From contig NC_057718.1 of assembly GCF_004010195.1 (NCBI RefSeq), positions 14,463,578-14,527,577 on the forward strand: 64,000 bases of DNA, given 5' to 3'. This DNA is from Chiloscyllium plagiosum (Eukaryota). The position numbers and the translations under genes were made by a program. Positions 62,801-64,000 of this stretch are shown here, in pieces. The first letter of the stretch is position 1; each line of letters begins with the position of its first letter. A model generated the notes under the pieces. That model searched no databases. It was not told the DNA's origin and saw only the letters and a list, made by a program, of their open reading frames with translations.

Positions 62801-63690
62801 CCTCTCTTACCTTTCCTGGAGTTAACCCATCTATGTGACTCTGTCTGCAACTTTGACCCTCCCTATAATTGCCATCCATCACAACCCCCTGCTCTTGTAA
62901 ATTCCTCATTGCCTCCAACTGTCTCTCCAACTGATCCATTTGATCTGATAGAATTCGCAACCAATGGCATTTATTGCAGATTTAATTCGGAGTCATACGT
63001 AAACTCTCCCTAAACTCCCACATCCAACAAGAAGAGCATATCACTCTACTCAAGCCCATTTTTGCTCCTTCACAATCTACAGACCCAGAAAATAGCACTG
63101 TCTTATCTATCTACAAAACACTGCTCCAGGCTAACCTAATACTAATGACTTATATTTTAAGTTTAATCAAGAGACATATCTCAATAAAACATCCAATCAA
63201 GAAAGAACACACTTCACTCACGACTGCAGACTTACTGTGAGGCCATGCTTAACTATTCACTTATCTGTTTCTGTGCTATGACCTCTCCCAAACAGGTTCC
63301 TCCAAGATTAGTTGTGAATTTCACTGTTTGTTAATTTACCCAGACCCACTCCGATGTCTAGTAATACATGAATTCAAACAGCAAAGGCAGTAACTGTGTA
63401 GGTACACTGCTGTGTCAGTTAGCAGTGTAGGTTTCTTTTTCTCTTTCTCACTCTCTTGCACTGACCTCACCATAGGCTTCCTTTGTCTGTTCATCTCCCT
63501 TCTAAAACTGCTGTTGCTTTGAGTTTTTTTTTCTCCAAAGTTCCAAAACAATGCAACAGCATACAAAACAGTAATTGCTGCTCCTGGAATTCGAGGAAAT
63601 CACCTCCAACACCTAAAATACCTCAAAAAAGGAGCAGCTTGTTACAGCCAGAAATCTTTCCTGTCCTCCATCTTGAATTACCCAGAATCC
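59814..63690 (-). mobile_element. Near full-length decayed CR1 LINE (5' UTR, ORF1 N-terminus, APE-RT, tail)
   Basis: ORF1 CxxC..CxxC plus coiled coil at 62760-63059. APE WDWDII and SDHN. RT GNYRPVSLT, GVPQGSVLGP, SKFADDTK. Confidence 0.92.
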
Positions 63691-63804
63691 TTATTATGAC
63701 CCAAAATCATTACCACTTTCTGGGACATAGCCAATAGCTCTTTTAAACCTATCTTTCATCCCAAAATGTGCACCATTACCATTCCTCATTTGCCTTGCAG
63801 CACG

Positions 63805-64000
63805 ACATAGAATTCCTACAGTGTGGAAACACATCATTTGGCCCAACAAATCCACACTGACCCTCCAAAGAGTATCCCACCCTGACCCATTCCCCTATTA
63901 CTCGACATTTCCCCTGACTTATACACCTTACCTACAAATCCATGAACACTATGGGCAATTTAGCATGGCCAACTCGCCCAACCGCACATCTTCGGATTGT
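63805..64000 (-). mobile_element. HE1-type SINE 3' part
   Basis: Tail and core run off the window edge. Confidence 0.8.

Noticed and set aside
31373..64000. Next upstream SMYD3 exon (AMDAC...EPYR region)
   Set aside because: Not found by eye on the minus strand. It probably lies beyond the window. TBLASTN would settle this.

Overview
Repeat-rich vertebrate genomic DNA, almost certainly from a shark: it carries HE1-type SINEs, HER1/CR1 LINEs and Penelope-like elements (PLEs), and has three N-gaps. The only host protein-coding sequence I can support is the 3' end of SMYD3 on the minus strand: a 109-bp penultimate exon (31264-31372) and the terminal coding exon (29130-29243). Everything above 31372 is probably one large SMYD3 intron. 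The rest is mostly CR1/L2-clade LINE remnants, tRNA-derived SINEs, two copies of one solo LTR, a decayed Gypsy gag-protease remnant, two Tigger-like MITEs and three tandem arrays. Two things stand out. (i) At least four PLE-derived families carry minimal hammerhead ribozymes, many as tiny TSD-flanked or inverted-palindromic insertions. (ii) A 3.5-kb, 30-bp minisatellite carries an ETS motif in nearly every unit and, on the minus strand, is bracketed by strong splice signals with a promoter-like cluster upstream. Repeat boundaries are by-eye estimates unless a TSD is given.
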